In this document: in pieces, positions 1 to 11,465 of the stretch
Position numbering within the stretch: the first letter of the stretch is position 1
Layout of the letters: every line of letters begins with the position of its first letter
Origin: Perkinsus olseni
Taxonomy: Eukaryota
Assembly (NCBI GenBank): GCA_013115125.1
Contig: JABANN010000244.1
Span: 1 to 47,875, forward strand
Direction of reading: 5' to 3'
Length of the DNA: 47,875 nucleotides
Program-made: the position numbers and the translations under genes
Notes under the pieces: generated by a model
Database searches by the model: none
What the model saw: only the letters and a program-made list of their open reading frames with translations
What the model was told of the DNA's origin: nothing

Positions 1-49
1 TCAATAGTCCTAGAAAGCACGTATAATGGTCGTACACCGAAGAAAATGG

Positions 50-150
50 TTAGGGGCAAGCATGAGTAATTTAGGGGCGGTTTGAGTACTTTAGGGGCGG
101 GTTGAGGAATTTAGGGGCGCAGCGAGAAATTTAGGGGCGGGCATGAGGAA
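50..150. repeat. Imperfect tandem repeat, ~20-bp period, 5 units, core TTAGGGGC
   Basis: TTAGGGGC recurs at 50, 71, 91, 111 and 131; the last four units read GAGNAMTTTAGGGGCG and contain TTTAGGG. Confidence 0.85.
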
Positions 151-766
151 ATGGCGTTGGCGATCAATGATGGTTGTGCGTTAGCGGTGGATACCCCGAG
201 CCTTGGGTCCTTCGGCCTTCTCTGAACACCTTCACTACACAAGGGTGCTCGTCCGCTCTTCAGTGTACTTTGAACGAGGAGATTCTGTGGGCTCTTTGGT
301 CTGTTGCGGTCCTTCTAGCTCTTTCCTTAGGGGCAAGAGTCGGTCCGTCGCCGGTGGCCTCTCACTGCCACTACAACACGATGGCTGCTCACTCCCTGGT
401 CTACACCGCCTGCGACTGACAACCTCAACTGCAACTAGTAACAACCACGCCGTCGAAAGCTGTGGTTTTCCGGGCCTTCCTTTGGTTCTGTCGGCCTGTT
501 TCCGAGTCCCAAGTCCCGTCCAGTGTCCATGGTCGTCCTGAACTCTCTCGGGAAGATCCTTATTCTTTCTTTCGGCTCCTAGTGGACGCCACGAGCAGCC
601 CTGCCCTCGCTGTACTCAAGGAGAGCGATTTCCCCCACTTCGCCATTAGCCCACGACTGCCTGAGCGTGACCACCGTTAGTCGGAATGTTATCACTATCA
701 TCGAAAGTGGGTTCTTCTCAGTTTCATCATTTTTTCATCACTTGTATCATCACCGGAAGCACCGCC

Positions 767-3700
767 ATGTCCGTCCAGTTCCTGGTCCGAGCCCCTACCC
801 CGGACACGCCATCGAGTGTGGTGTCCCTCCTGCCCTACTATAACCTCCCGGCCAACGTCAGAGGTCTCCGATGGTCCGACAAGCGTTCAGTGCGGCCCGT
901 CAAAGGAGATGCTGCCGACGTCATCGTAAGTACCTTCACCTCACTCTCCTACGCACCCGGGCTTCATTCAAATTTCGAGGCGCGGTGACTCTTCGCCGTG
1001 CGTAAGATATGCCTGTTGATCAGGGCTCCCTCAACCTTCGCGATGGCGTCTGGCGTAAGAAGAACTTCGTCATGAAAGAGCTCGGTCTGGATAAAGGCTT
1101 CGAGCCCCTCAGGACGGGTCAGCCCTCCTCCTGTTCCTGTTCCCGCTACCGCCCCTCCTTGCAGGTCCCTTCGCTGGCATACGCAACTTGGGTGCCACCT
1201 GCTACGTCAACTCCCTACTACAAGCCCTCTTCTTCACCAAACCCTTCCGTACGGCGACGTTAAACCTGCCGACCGCCGAACCCAACGGCCGCAGCTCAGG
1301 GTTCAATCAGCAAGCAGCTTCATTGAGGGCACTGCAGGTGAGCCATCATCCTTTTCCATGTTTCGCTCGTCTTGCCGTCTGGGTTGATCTGTTAATATGG
1401 GAAGGTGTGGTATCGTTTTTGGCTGACAGGTCCTCTTTGGCGAAATGCAGTGCGGCATCAGTGCGACGTGCGAATCCTCAGTGACGGCGTTTCTGGAGGC
1501 GTGTAAAATTCACACCTCTACGCACGAGGACCCCAGCGAGTTGGCGATGCTCTTGCTCAGTTGGCTGCAACGCTTGGTGGGTCGTGGGAGGGTCGGTGGC
1601 CTCGGGCTACCTCCGTTGCTCTGCAGATTCCGAAGGGAGTACCAGACTTTGTTGAAGAAACCTTTGGTGGTTTGGTCATCTACGAGACGACTTGTCGAAG
1701 TTGCGGGTCCATCTCTAATCAGACGGAGGTGTTTGCGGAGATGCGTGTCCCTTTGCCGTACGCGACTCCGACCACGACGGCTGGGGAGGTCCTCCTGGAA
1801 GGGTTGGTGGCCGATGTCTTCGCAGCTGAGGTCTTCTCGGACGAGAGCCACTACTACTGTTGTGCCTGCGGCAAGTACTCCGAGGCCGTCCGTCGGCAGT
1901 GGATCAAGTCGGCTCCACCGTTCCTTTGGATCACGATGCACCGCTATGCCTTCACTGACGGGGTTCGACGCAAGATTCTCACGGAGCTGTCCTTTCCCTT
2001 GACTGGTCTAGATCTGACGCCGTTCAACGCCGGCGTGTATGACTGTGTGGGCGCGCTCGAGCATCACAGCACGGTGGCTCATGCTGGACACTACACGGCT
2101 ACTCTGAAGGACCACAGCACCGGCGTCTGGTGGCGATTTGATGATGGTCATGTCCGAGAGGTCGACTGGACCCCGGCTGAGGAGTTGCGTGGTGAAATGC
2201 CGAGTAATGGTGGCGAGTCCCCGACGGAGCGAGCTGCTAAGAAGAGGCGGACGGCGCCTGAGAGGGCGAGGTCGCGTACGGCGTACATGCTTTTGTATGT
2301 TCAGCAAGGGTACAAGGTAGAGGAGTGCCCCGAGCTGCCTTCCTGGCTGGCTGCAGAGATCAATCGGAAGAACGAGGCTCTCCGATTGCCGGAGACCTTC
2401 GTCCACCAACGGCTATGTGAGTCGGCGAGTGTAGCGCAGGAGACACGGCGAGGGGAAGTGAGGAAGCTGATCTCGGAGCTGCCCCAGGCGCCTGAGAGCG
2501 TGAAGAGCCCGGCGGATCTGGTCTTCGTCCCGGCTTTGGCGTTGAAGGAGTGGTCGAAGGGAACGGACGTCGTGAGAGGGCTTCTTGCGGAGGCGGGGGT
2601 GCCCAACAGTCAGGGCGATACCGACAGAAATATCTTGGAGACTTTAAAGGTGGAGATGGTCTGCAAGCATGATCGAGTGGACCCACTGAGCGTATACGCT
2701 AGTCGGTGTCGGCTGCTGCCAGCGACTGCGGTGGGCGATTCGCTGAGGCCGGCTGTGGTGCCGATGAGTGACAAGGAGGGTGTCTGCGTTGACTGTTGTC
2801 GAGACTTGCATGCCCTTCTGGCTGACTTGAGGGAGTTCAACGAGACCTGTCAGCGTCTGCAGCCCGACCCGACGAGTACTCCGACGGCGAGCTGTGTTTG
2901 GGTATGGTACAAAGCCCTGCCTCGAATCAAGCTGGCGAGTGTTGGTGGCGGAAAGAAGGGCGCTGGTGGTCGACAACGGAGACAGTACGGATCAACCCCT
3001 CCGTCGACGCCGACCACTTCGCCTCGACTGTCGTCTTCCTGTGCGTCTGGCAGCAGCGGCAGTCGGGTGAGTAATGATGTCATCTGGCAGACTCTGGTCC
3101 GAGCTAAGTTGAGAGAGCCGCGCCCTGCAGCTCCTTGGTCGTCGTCGCCCTCCTCCTACTGGGCGCCGAGCCCATCGCCTAGCAATGCCGACTCTGAGGG
3201 CTCCGATACGGTATCTACTGCACCTAGCTCTCTTGGGGAAGTCGACCTCTGCGGCAGCTGCATCTGTGAGCACGGTAATCTTACTACTGCCCGCCCTACT
3301 CAGACCACGCGGGTGCTCCGTTCTCGACGGCTCATCGAGAGGGCCATTGAGCAGGCCAATAGCCTCTCTGCGCGGTTGCCCACGCTGGTACCTCAGCTAC
3401 GCATGGACATGTGGATACCTGGGGACGCTCAGCCCTGTCCGGTGTGCCGTGGTGGCGGTAAGGGCAGCAAGACTAAGGCAGTGTCCGCTGACAAGTTGAG
3501 TGCTCGGTCGCTTGACCGAGTTGGCAGTACGACTGGTCTTGGAGCGTCGCCCAGAGAGCTGCTGACCGGTGGCCTCCCGTCTACCCCAGACGTCGCCGAG
3601 GATGGTATGCCCTTTCCTGTGTTCGACGCGGTCGACTTGGAGGTCCGGTCGAAGGACTGGGGCGGCTCGGCGAGTCGAGGTGTCCGTCTGGGCACCTTGC

Positions 3701-4089
3701 GAGAGATTCGACCTAACACTAGCGGCTATGATATGAGGATGCAGATCCTGACCTCGGGGATGGTACCGAAGAACGTGAATGTTAAGCTCATGCTGCAGGT
3801 GTGTAAGGATGCCGAGTCGGCGCCGGAGGAGAAGGAACTGGCTGATGACGCTCGGTTTGGGTATCTTTGTCGACATCCGAAATTGGCTAAGTTGTGGGTA
3901 TCGAAGGTTGATGCAGAGAGTGTTACACCGAGCCCTACTCCGACGGTCACCTCGGCGCCCTCATGCGAGCCGCCAGCGAAAGCGATGAGAATGTCGGCGA
4001 CTTCTACGGCGGCGGAGAGACGAAATCGGAGAAGCTTGAGGGCGGAAGGTGGCCTTGTGGGCAGCATCTTCCACGAGACGTTCTCTTGA
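767..4089 (+). CDS. Ubiquitin carboxyl-terminal hydrolase (USP/peptidase C19), USP48-like, copy 1; about 5 exons
   Basis: Introns at about 926-1023, 1118-1164, 1338-1429 and 1577-1628. Cys box GIRNLGATCYVNSLLQ, His box LEHHSTVAHAGHYTA...WWRFDDGHV, TAYMLLY, CxH motifs (CKHDRVDP, CEHGNL) and a C-terminal ubiquitin-like segment (TSGYDMRMQIL), as in USP48/UBP26. Confidence 0.9.
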
Positions 4090-4531
4090 AGGAAGGGCTG
4101 GTGACTGGTTTAAAAGCAAGTTGAGCAGGAGGTGTCTAAGGGGATGACTGTGGTCCGGAAGAGACTACCAGGAGGAGGGATGAATCAGGGCGAGGAGGAA
4201 GTAGCAGGCCGCCGTCGCCGCCGCTACCACCATGACCAGTAAGAGGTCCATAGTGTATAATAGTAGGTGTGTGATGATGGTTATATACCGCTGTTGTATC
4301 TCTTGCCAGACGAGTAATGATTGTTATTGGCCAGCGCGTTGCGCTCTCAATTCAGTCGGGGTGGTGGCAGTTGTGGAGACCCGCTGCGAGCCGACGGGAG
4401 GAAAGCCGATAGTAGTCCGGCCAATCGAGAAAGGTTGTTGTATCCCTAAGCGCCTTCGGTGTTGAGTTGAAGGTGTCGTCAACAACAAGGGTGGTGGCGG
4501 TAAGGGTGTCATTGCAGATGTCCCTGAGGCG

Positions 4532-7500
4532 ATGGCGGGCTCTAACAATAATGGTACTACCACAACAGCAGGAGGAACGTTGAGGTTCAAGTGCTACCCT
4601 GAGAAGGCCCCGGAGGTTGATAACGCGGAAAGTCTGTTGCCTTTCTATAACATCCCGAAGTAGTGAGGAGGCAGGTTTATGGGGGCTGGGATGATGGCGG
4701 TTGATTCAGGTTAACGGAGTTGAAGTGGGAGGTCACTAGGCCCATAGCACGACATAAGGAGGATCCTCTCGACTTTATGGTAGACACGGCGGTGGAGGAA
4801 TCTTATGTTGACGCGAGGATGATACGGAAAATGTCATGTTAGGCTGCCACCAGCAAGAAGGGGGGTATCTGGTTGAAAAGTTTTATGAGAACGGAATTAT
4901 CGTTGGACAAGAAGGTGGAGCAGTTCCGAAAGGGAAGTAGGTTGCCATACTGGCGTGGCCATCCCTCATGCGTGCCCTCGTCCTTCTCCCCAGATGATCG
5001 AGCAGGCCTCCGCAACCTCGGTGCCACTTGCTACGTCAACGCCCTCCTGCAGGCATTGTTCGCCATCAAGCCTTTCCGGTTTGGCATTTATACGATACCC
5101 CACAGGGAGGAGGGAGGAGGGGAAGGAGAGAACGACGATGGCGCCTGGCTGAAGGCTTTGCAGGTGGTGTCTTCGTGCCCCGGTAGATGCCTCCGAATTA
5201 GAGTGATGCATTCTGAGTGTGCTGCTGCTGATGCCGCTGCCGATGTCTGATTCCTGGCGGGAGATCCTCCTCCTGCTCCAGTGGGTGGCACCCTGATCAG
5301 ATCCTCTTCGCTGAGATGCAGGCAGGAGTGTCTGCCAGCTGCAGCACCTCCGTAGGAGCCTTTATACGGGCATGTAAGGTAGGATCACCACGGCTGCGGA
5401 GGCCATCCCCCGCCACTTTTCCCTGGGTCCGGTGGCGGCCAACAACTATGATTTCGTCAGTTGAATTCAGCGGTACAAGAGGATGCCAGTGAGTTGGCTA
5501 CTATGCTGCTCAGCAACGTGGAGAATAAGGTAGTAAAAACTGGGGTGGGGTAAATCTTGCAATCTTGCTCTCCCTTGCAGATTCCTCCAGGGTCCCCCAA
5601 CTTCGTCCAAGATACTTTCTGCGGTAGTATCCGGTACAGCACTCAATGCGGCCAGTGCGGCAACAGCGTCCAGCGGTCCGAGCGTCTCTCGGAGATCCGA
5701 ATTTGTCTGAGCTCCTCGGAACCCCTGAAATTGGAGGACTCCCTGGCCAGGACTTTCGAAAGGGAGAATTTTTCGGACTATCATTGCCTGAATTGTGATG
5801 GACGGGTGGAGGCGTTGAGGGGGCAGACGATCGAGAAATGTCCGGAGATTCTGATAATTGTGATACAGCGGTACCTGTTCGAGGGAGGGGAGAGGAAGCG
5901 GCTGGCGGCTGAGGTAGAGTTTCCGCTGGAAGGCCTGGATCTGTCGCCGTACATGACGGAAAGCGAAGAGGGAATTTCGCGGCGCGCGGTTTATAGGTGT
6001 ACGGGTGTGTTGGAGCACCATGGGGCTTCGGCTAGCTCGGGCCATTATACGGCGACGTTGCTGACAGGGGAGGGAGGCGGGTGGATGGTGTTTAACGATG
6101 AGAAGGTAGGGTCGCATGAGTGGGAGAAGAAAGAGGAAGCACCCCGGAAAAAACGGCGGCTGTCGAAATACCGGAAGAAAAGGAAAACTACTCCGGTGAA
6201 GGAGGATGATGGTGATGATGAGGACTGTACGGTGGTGACGGAGAGCAGTGGGTCGACGAAGAGGTCTCCGACGGCGCTTGAAGAGGCGATCGATGAGGCG
6301 ACGCCCGAGGCACCGAAAGGGGCCTCTAAGACTGCGTATATGCTGATTTATACGAGGGCGGATTTGGCACAGGAGGAAGGGTCTGCTGGTGCAGGGAAGG
6401 AGGAAGAAGAGGCTCTTTTGCCGCAGTGGCTGAGGGAGGAGGTTGATGCGATCAATTTAAGGGTAATAATGGGCTCTGGTTAATCGCACGTCGGGAGTAT
6501 CTTTGACCCTCGTATCTTTCGTAGGTGACCTCGGAGGTAAATCACCTCGAACAGGCGACGAAGGCTGTGGATACGGCTATTGAGGGTCGGCAGAATCAAT
6601 TAAAGTCTCTCGTATCGACCATTAATACTCTCGGGGAGTCCACGGGGGCCTCCCTGGACTCCCTCTACTTCATCGACTCGAAATTTGTACTACAATGGTG
6701 CGCTGGGGAGGACTTGAGGCTCAAACTGGAGGAGCAGTTCGGCAGGGATGAGCCAACGAAAGGCTGCGTGTCGGTAGGCGAATCGCCAGTGAAAATGACG
6801 CAGGCGAACGGTCAGTTGCCGAGTTCGGACGTGCGATGCTCGCATGGGAAGGTGGACCCTTCGGCGGCATTCCGGGGTGAGGTGAAGGTGATACCGTCGC
6901 CGTTGTTGCAGCCCGAGTTCGAGGCAGTGGTCGTCCCTGCGGCCACGGCGTTGTGTTACGATTGTTGTTGTGATCTTTACGAGAAAAAAGAACTTCTGCG
7001 GAAGTTCGAATCTCGATGTACGAAGGCCTTGGCCCCTCCAATGCTCCAGAGTAGCGGGGGGAAAGGTGGAGGCAAGGGGGCCAAGGGGAAGCAGGAAAAG
7101 GAGTCCACGGAGACGGCGATGATCAACAAGTTGAACATCCCCAGTGTCCCTTTTGGTGGCACCAAGGGGACGTCCAGTCGGCTGAAGATCAACTTGAAAG
7201 TGGCTCCCAACTTGGCCGGCGTTTATGACAATATGAGATTCTGGAAGCTCCTAATTCAGTACCTGGTCCGAGGGAGTGGGGCGGACGAGGACACCATCGA
7301 CCTAGTGGAGGGGTTAGTGTGCCCTCATGGGAAGACCTCGGACCACGCGCAGGCTAGCAAGTATGTGTCGCGGCCAGTCGAGTGCCTGGAGCAGCTGCTG
7401 GACGCTTCGGAGCGACTCACGTTGGCTCTTCCGGGGCTCCAGCCAAAGCTTGAGATGAGTCGCTGGATTCCAACGACTGAGCCGATGTGCCCGGAGTGCA

Positions 7501-8655
7501 ACACGGCGAAACTGGAGGAGGAGCAGAGGGCGGTGGAGGAGCGGGAGAAGTGTCATGCGCTGCTACAGAGTGATGGTAAGGCTAAGCTGGACGATATACC
7601 GACCGACGTGGACGGCGAAGGGGGATGGTCTTATTTACTGCCGAAAAAATGGTTTTCCAGCTGGCGGGAGTACCTGTCGCGGTTTGGAGGTGAGAAGAAA
7701 GAGAGCGGCAAGAAGGAGGAGGTCAAGGAAGTTCGGAAGATATATCGATCGTTACTCGTATGTGACCATGGTAACCTGAGATTCGACCCGAGAGGACGGT
7801 CCAGCTACGATAATAAACTGGTAGTGGTGGTGAGCGAGGAGGAGGGGAAGTACATTGAAGGGAAATACGCGAATGAAGACAACACCCTCCCGAAGGTAAG
7901 CTGAGGGTCCCCCGGCCCTCGTGCTGGGAGATGTCTTCTATCAGGTACGCCGTGATGCCGAGTCTAATACGCTGGTCTTCGAGCCACCTGTCTGTGATAA
8001 GGGTTGTTGCACTACCGTCACTGAGAGCAATGAGCTGCTCAGTCTCCAGCCAGCCCGGAGGCCTCTCCCACCGGGTGCGGCGTATCATGGAGTTTCGATG
8101 AAGGTGCGTAGGCTGGAATCCAACGGGAGACGATTGGGGAGAGGCTCCTCTTTGAAGAACGTCGAGGAGGTCTCCAGCTCCTGCACGGGATACGACCTCA
8201 AGATGCTCTTGTTGGAGCAGCATATCGTGGACGTGCCACCGAGGTTCTTCTCCCTCGGTCTTAACATGGACTTGCAGACCCAGACCATGCCGCTGGACGA
8301 CGAGACGGTCCTCAGGGATGTCTGTAGCGCTCCTGGGCGGACCTCTATCTACGTGGAAGTGGACGACAAAGTGTATCTCGAACTTAGCGATGAAGACCGG
8401 TGTAATGAGATCTTGGCAGCGGTGCAGCAGTACGCTGACGCGAAGAAGCAGAAGCGAGCTGATTCTGATGTCGTCATGGCAGACGCTGATGACGATGATG
8501 TTGTGGCCTTGGATGACGTGGATGGCCCTACTCCTCCAAGACCCCGAGACGAGGGAGGCCTGCAGGGTAGCGTCTTCCGAGACGTCCTGCCTTCCCCTCC
8601 TCCGGCCGCTACTGGGCTCCCCACCACCATTGCAAGCACTACTACCAGCACTTAG
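4532..8655 (+). CDS. Ubiquitin carboxyl-terminal hydrolase, USP48-like, copy 2; about 9 exons, may start upstream near 4232
   Basis: Cys box GLRNLGATCYVNALLQ, QEDASE, His box LEHHGASASSGHYTA...WMVFNDEKV, TAYMLIY, three CxHG motifs, DUSP-like YLLPKKWFSSWREYL, UBL-like CTGYDLKMLLL. Colinear with copy 1 from SLLPFYNIP to GGLQGSVF. Confidence 0.88.
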
Positions 8656-8699
8656 TAAGTTTCATGTGGTTCCTTATAGTGTTGGGTAACAGAAGTCCT

Positions 8700-8719
8700 G
8701 CAGCAGCAGCAGCAGCAGC
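8700..8719. repeat. (CAG)n microsatellite
   Basis: About 6 CAG units, intergenic. Confidence 0.8.
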
Positions 8720-8737
8720 GCCTTCGGGCTAGACGTT

Positions 8738-10602
8738 ATGAGGGAAAGGGCTATGGGCTGCGGTCTTCATCCTCGTGCAACTGAGGGCAGCACAGCAATG
8801 CCTCCGTTGGCTTTTATACGGTTAGCTCAGAGTAGCCCTCCCTAGTCTGTTTGTTTCCATATTATTTCCGAAGTGGAGAGCCATCCGGACCCACTCCAAC
8901 TCCACCATCAAATAGCAGAAGTCAAGGTAGGACCCCCTTTCTCCTGCTGTTAGCCCTACCATCGCCCCCAGGCAGTCCTCGAGGCTGCGTCCAAGACCGG
9001 TCCTGAGTCAGTATCGTACCGCGGCCTCGATGCCCATTCCCTAGCTCGCTACCTGCTGGAGTTGCAACGGGAGGAGGTGGCTGTCCTGAAGGCACAAGAT
9101 CCGAGGTTGAAGGGAGACGATCTTCCGCCGGAAGATGCCCATCCTACGCGATCGCTGACCCCGTCGGAGCTTCACGAGGCATCCGTGGAGGAGGTGGTGG
9201 CCTATCTGGTACGGGTCAGAGAGGATGGCGATGATGAGGAGGTCGAGAGAGGTCTCGTTGCACTGCGGCAGAAGGTCAACAACACTACCTATCAACAACG
9301 GAATAAGCACTTGGAAGGTAGTAAAAGGGAAGGGCACTAGGATTCCCTCAGGACCGCTGCTGCTGCTGCTATCATTCCGGCCAGTGGGGGTATCCCTCCT
9401 GTCTCGCCAATAACCAGCCGGGAGGCGTTAGCTCGGCTGAATAGTTAGTCTCTGGGCTACAGTGGCCTCCGAAACTATCGCTTAACATGTTCTACAAAGA
9501 GTATATCGTTATCGCTGCTCCAACCAGGGTTCAGGGAGAATCGATCATTCCCTCTCCACCTCGCCGTAGATACCCTCGCCTCACTACTCGGCGCCACGGC
9601 AGGGGTGTCTGACCAGATCTGCACGAGAGCCGTCAGTGTACTCAGTGCCATGGAGAACCGACGGGAGAATCCTTCCCGGTGAGTAGCTGGGACGGAGCCT
9701 CGTCACCGTCAGATGTGTTGCTCCCCCAGGCCCTCCACTTTGAGTCGAACCTTCGCCCCCACCCTAGTGGACCGCTGCATGCACGCCCCACCGGCGGGAG
9801 GGGAGGGCAGCCCTCAGGAGAATCTCATGAGGGATGCCGCGGAGCTGATGACGGAATGGATCAGCAAGCAGGGCGATGATGGTGTTGATGATGTGAGCCC
9901 TTCAACTCTGGTAAATGCCCGGCAGTGGTGACCGCTGAGGGGCCGTCAGCAAGATCACACTTGCTGTCGGCAGCCCCGTCATCGAATAGATCAGTTGCCA
10001 TTCAGTTCGGTCGTCCTCGTCCCTTGGCAGGCTTCCTCTCTGCTCAGCCTCTGCGAGACTGTACCATCCACTGCCTCCTCAACTCCTTCCTTCTCCACGG
10101 GCCCGACCACCTCCCCTGTCTGAGGCTTCTGGAGGCCCTCTTCTCCGTCGAGTCCGTCACCGATAATGTCGATCTATCAGCTGCCATAGCTCGGGACCTC
10201 CGAGTTCTGCTGGACACCCGAGTTCACACGGAGCTGCGCTTGGGTCGATTTGCCCATAGTAATAACCAGGGGATGGTCGCTACTGCACTTCCCTCCTCAG
10301 TGGTCATCGCCTTGACGTCCTCCTCGAGTGGAGGGGCGGAGCTGGTGCGTCGACTGGCCGACCTGGGAGTCCATTCGACCCTGCAGCAGATGCCGCTGTT
10401 GGAGGCGAGGACCAAGGAGGAGGCCGAGTGGGCTCGGGATGAGGTGGCCTGCCGTCCTCAGCCGTGTGCATCGGTCACCCCCGCGGCTTGTTGTAGGTTG
10501 AGATCGCCTTGGAGGCACTGCGGGGCGGCAGAGTTGTTCAAGAGGAAGATTACCTCTTATGACGATGGCCTTAATTATTACCACAATTTCCGCTACTCGT
10601 AG
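8738..10602 (+). CDS. Hypothetical multi-exon, mostly helical protein; exon boundaries and start uncertain
   Basis: Successive coding-like ORFs (9062-9340, 9713-9931, 9925-10602) separated by GT..AG segments; ends KRKITSYDDGLNYYHNFRYS*. Confidence 0.55.
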
Positions 10603-10642
10603 AGGCCCGAGTTATCGTCTGCTTCCATCGCGGAGGAGAGTC

Positions 10643-10663
10643 TGTTGTTGTTGTTGTTGTTGT
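10643..10663. repeat. (TGT)n microsatellite just upstream of the AP3S start
   Basis: About 7 TGT units followed by a T run, ending ~10 bp before the ATG at 10673. Confidence 0.8.
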
Positions 10664-10672
10664 TTTTGCTCG

Positions 10673-11370
10673 ATGATCCTCGCCGTCCTCGTCTTCAACA
10701 ACACCGGTAAGACGAGGCTTGCTAGGTTCTACACCGGCCTGCCTCTCCCCAGACGCCAGCCTCTCATCGATAGAGTCCACCGCTTCCTCAAGGCCAGGTG
10801 GGCTCTCTCCTCCGCCCCACCTCGGGGATACCTCGGACCTCCTCAGACCGGACGACCGCTGCTGCTGTGTCGTGTCGGAGGATCTCTCGGAGTTGAGCGA
10901 TGGAAGGAAGTCATCAGGCGATAGGAAGCTCCGAGTTGTTTACAGGTCCACAAGGGTGGGCGACACGACCACACCTGCTACCCTCCTCAGGCACTTCGCT
11001 ACGCTCTACTTCGCCTTCATCGTCGACGAGACAGAAAGCGACCTCGCCATCCTGGACTTGATTCAGGTTTTCGTCCAGGTGACCCTCCCCGCCCCGCTTC
11101 AATCACCGATGCTGCTGGCGTGAGCGACCGTGGGGTAGGGGTGATGCTGGCAGGCTCTGGACTTCGCTTTCGACACCGTCTGTGAGCTTGACTTGGTCTA
11201 TCACTTCGATAAGGTAGTATCCTGAAGAGGTCCTCGATGCTGCTGCTGCTGTTGGTGATGATCAGGCTAACTACGTCCTGGATGAGGTGGTGATGGGGGG
11301 TATGGTGTTGGAGTCAAATATCGATACCATCCAGATGGCACTGCGGGAGGCTTCCAAGCTCCCATCCTAG
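10673..11370 (+). CDS. AP3S: AP-3 adaptor complex sigma subunit; 5 exons
   Basis: MILAVLVFNNTGKTRLARFY...VVYRHFATLYFAFIVDETESDLAILDLIQVFV...VCELDLVYHFDK...LDEVVMGGMVLESN matches the sigma-3 signatures (RHYATLYF, ILDLIQVFVE, MVMGGMVLETN). Confidence 0.93.
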
Positions 11371-11465
11371 CATGCTTCTAGGCGTCCGTGTTTCCCGACA
11401 CTGGATTCGAGTTCGCGGGTGGTAGGCAGTTTGAGAGGGGACTGTCTTCATAGTACCTCCTCACC

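Noticed and set aside
50-150. CRISPR-like array
   Set aside because: Units total only 20 bp with similar linkers, no cas genes, eukaryotic context.
174-680. Short ORFs upstream of USP copy 1
   Set aside because: No motifs and no consistent exon chain.
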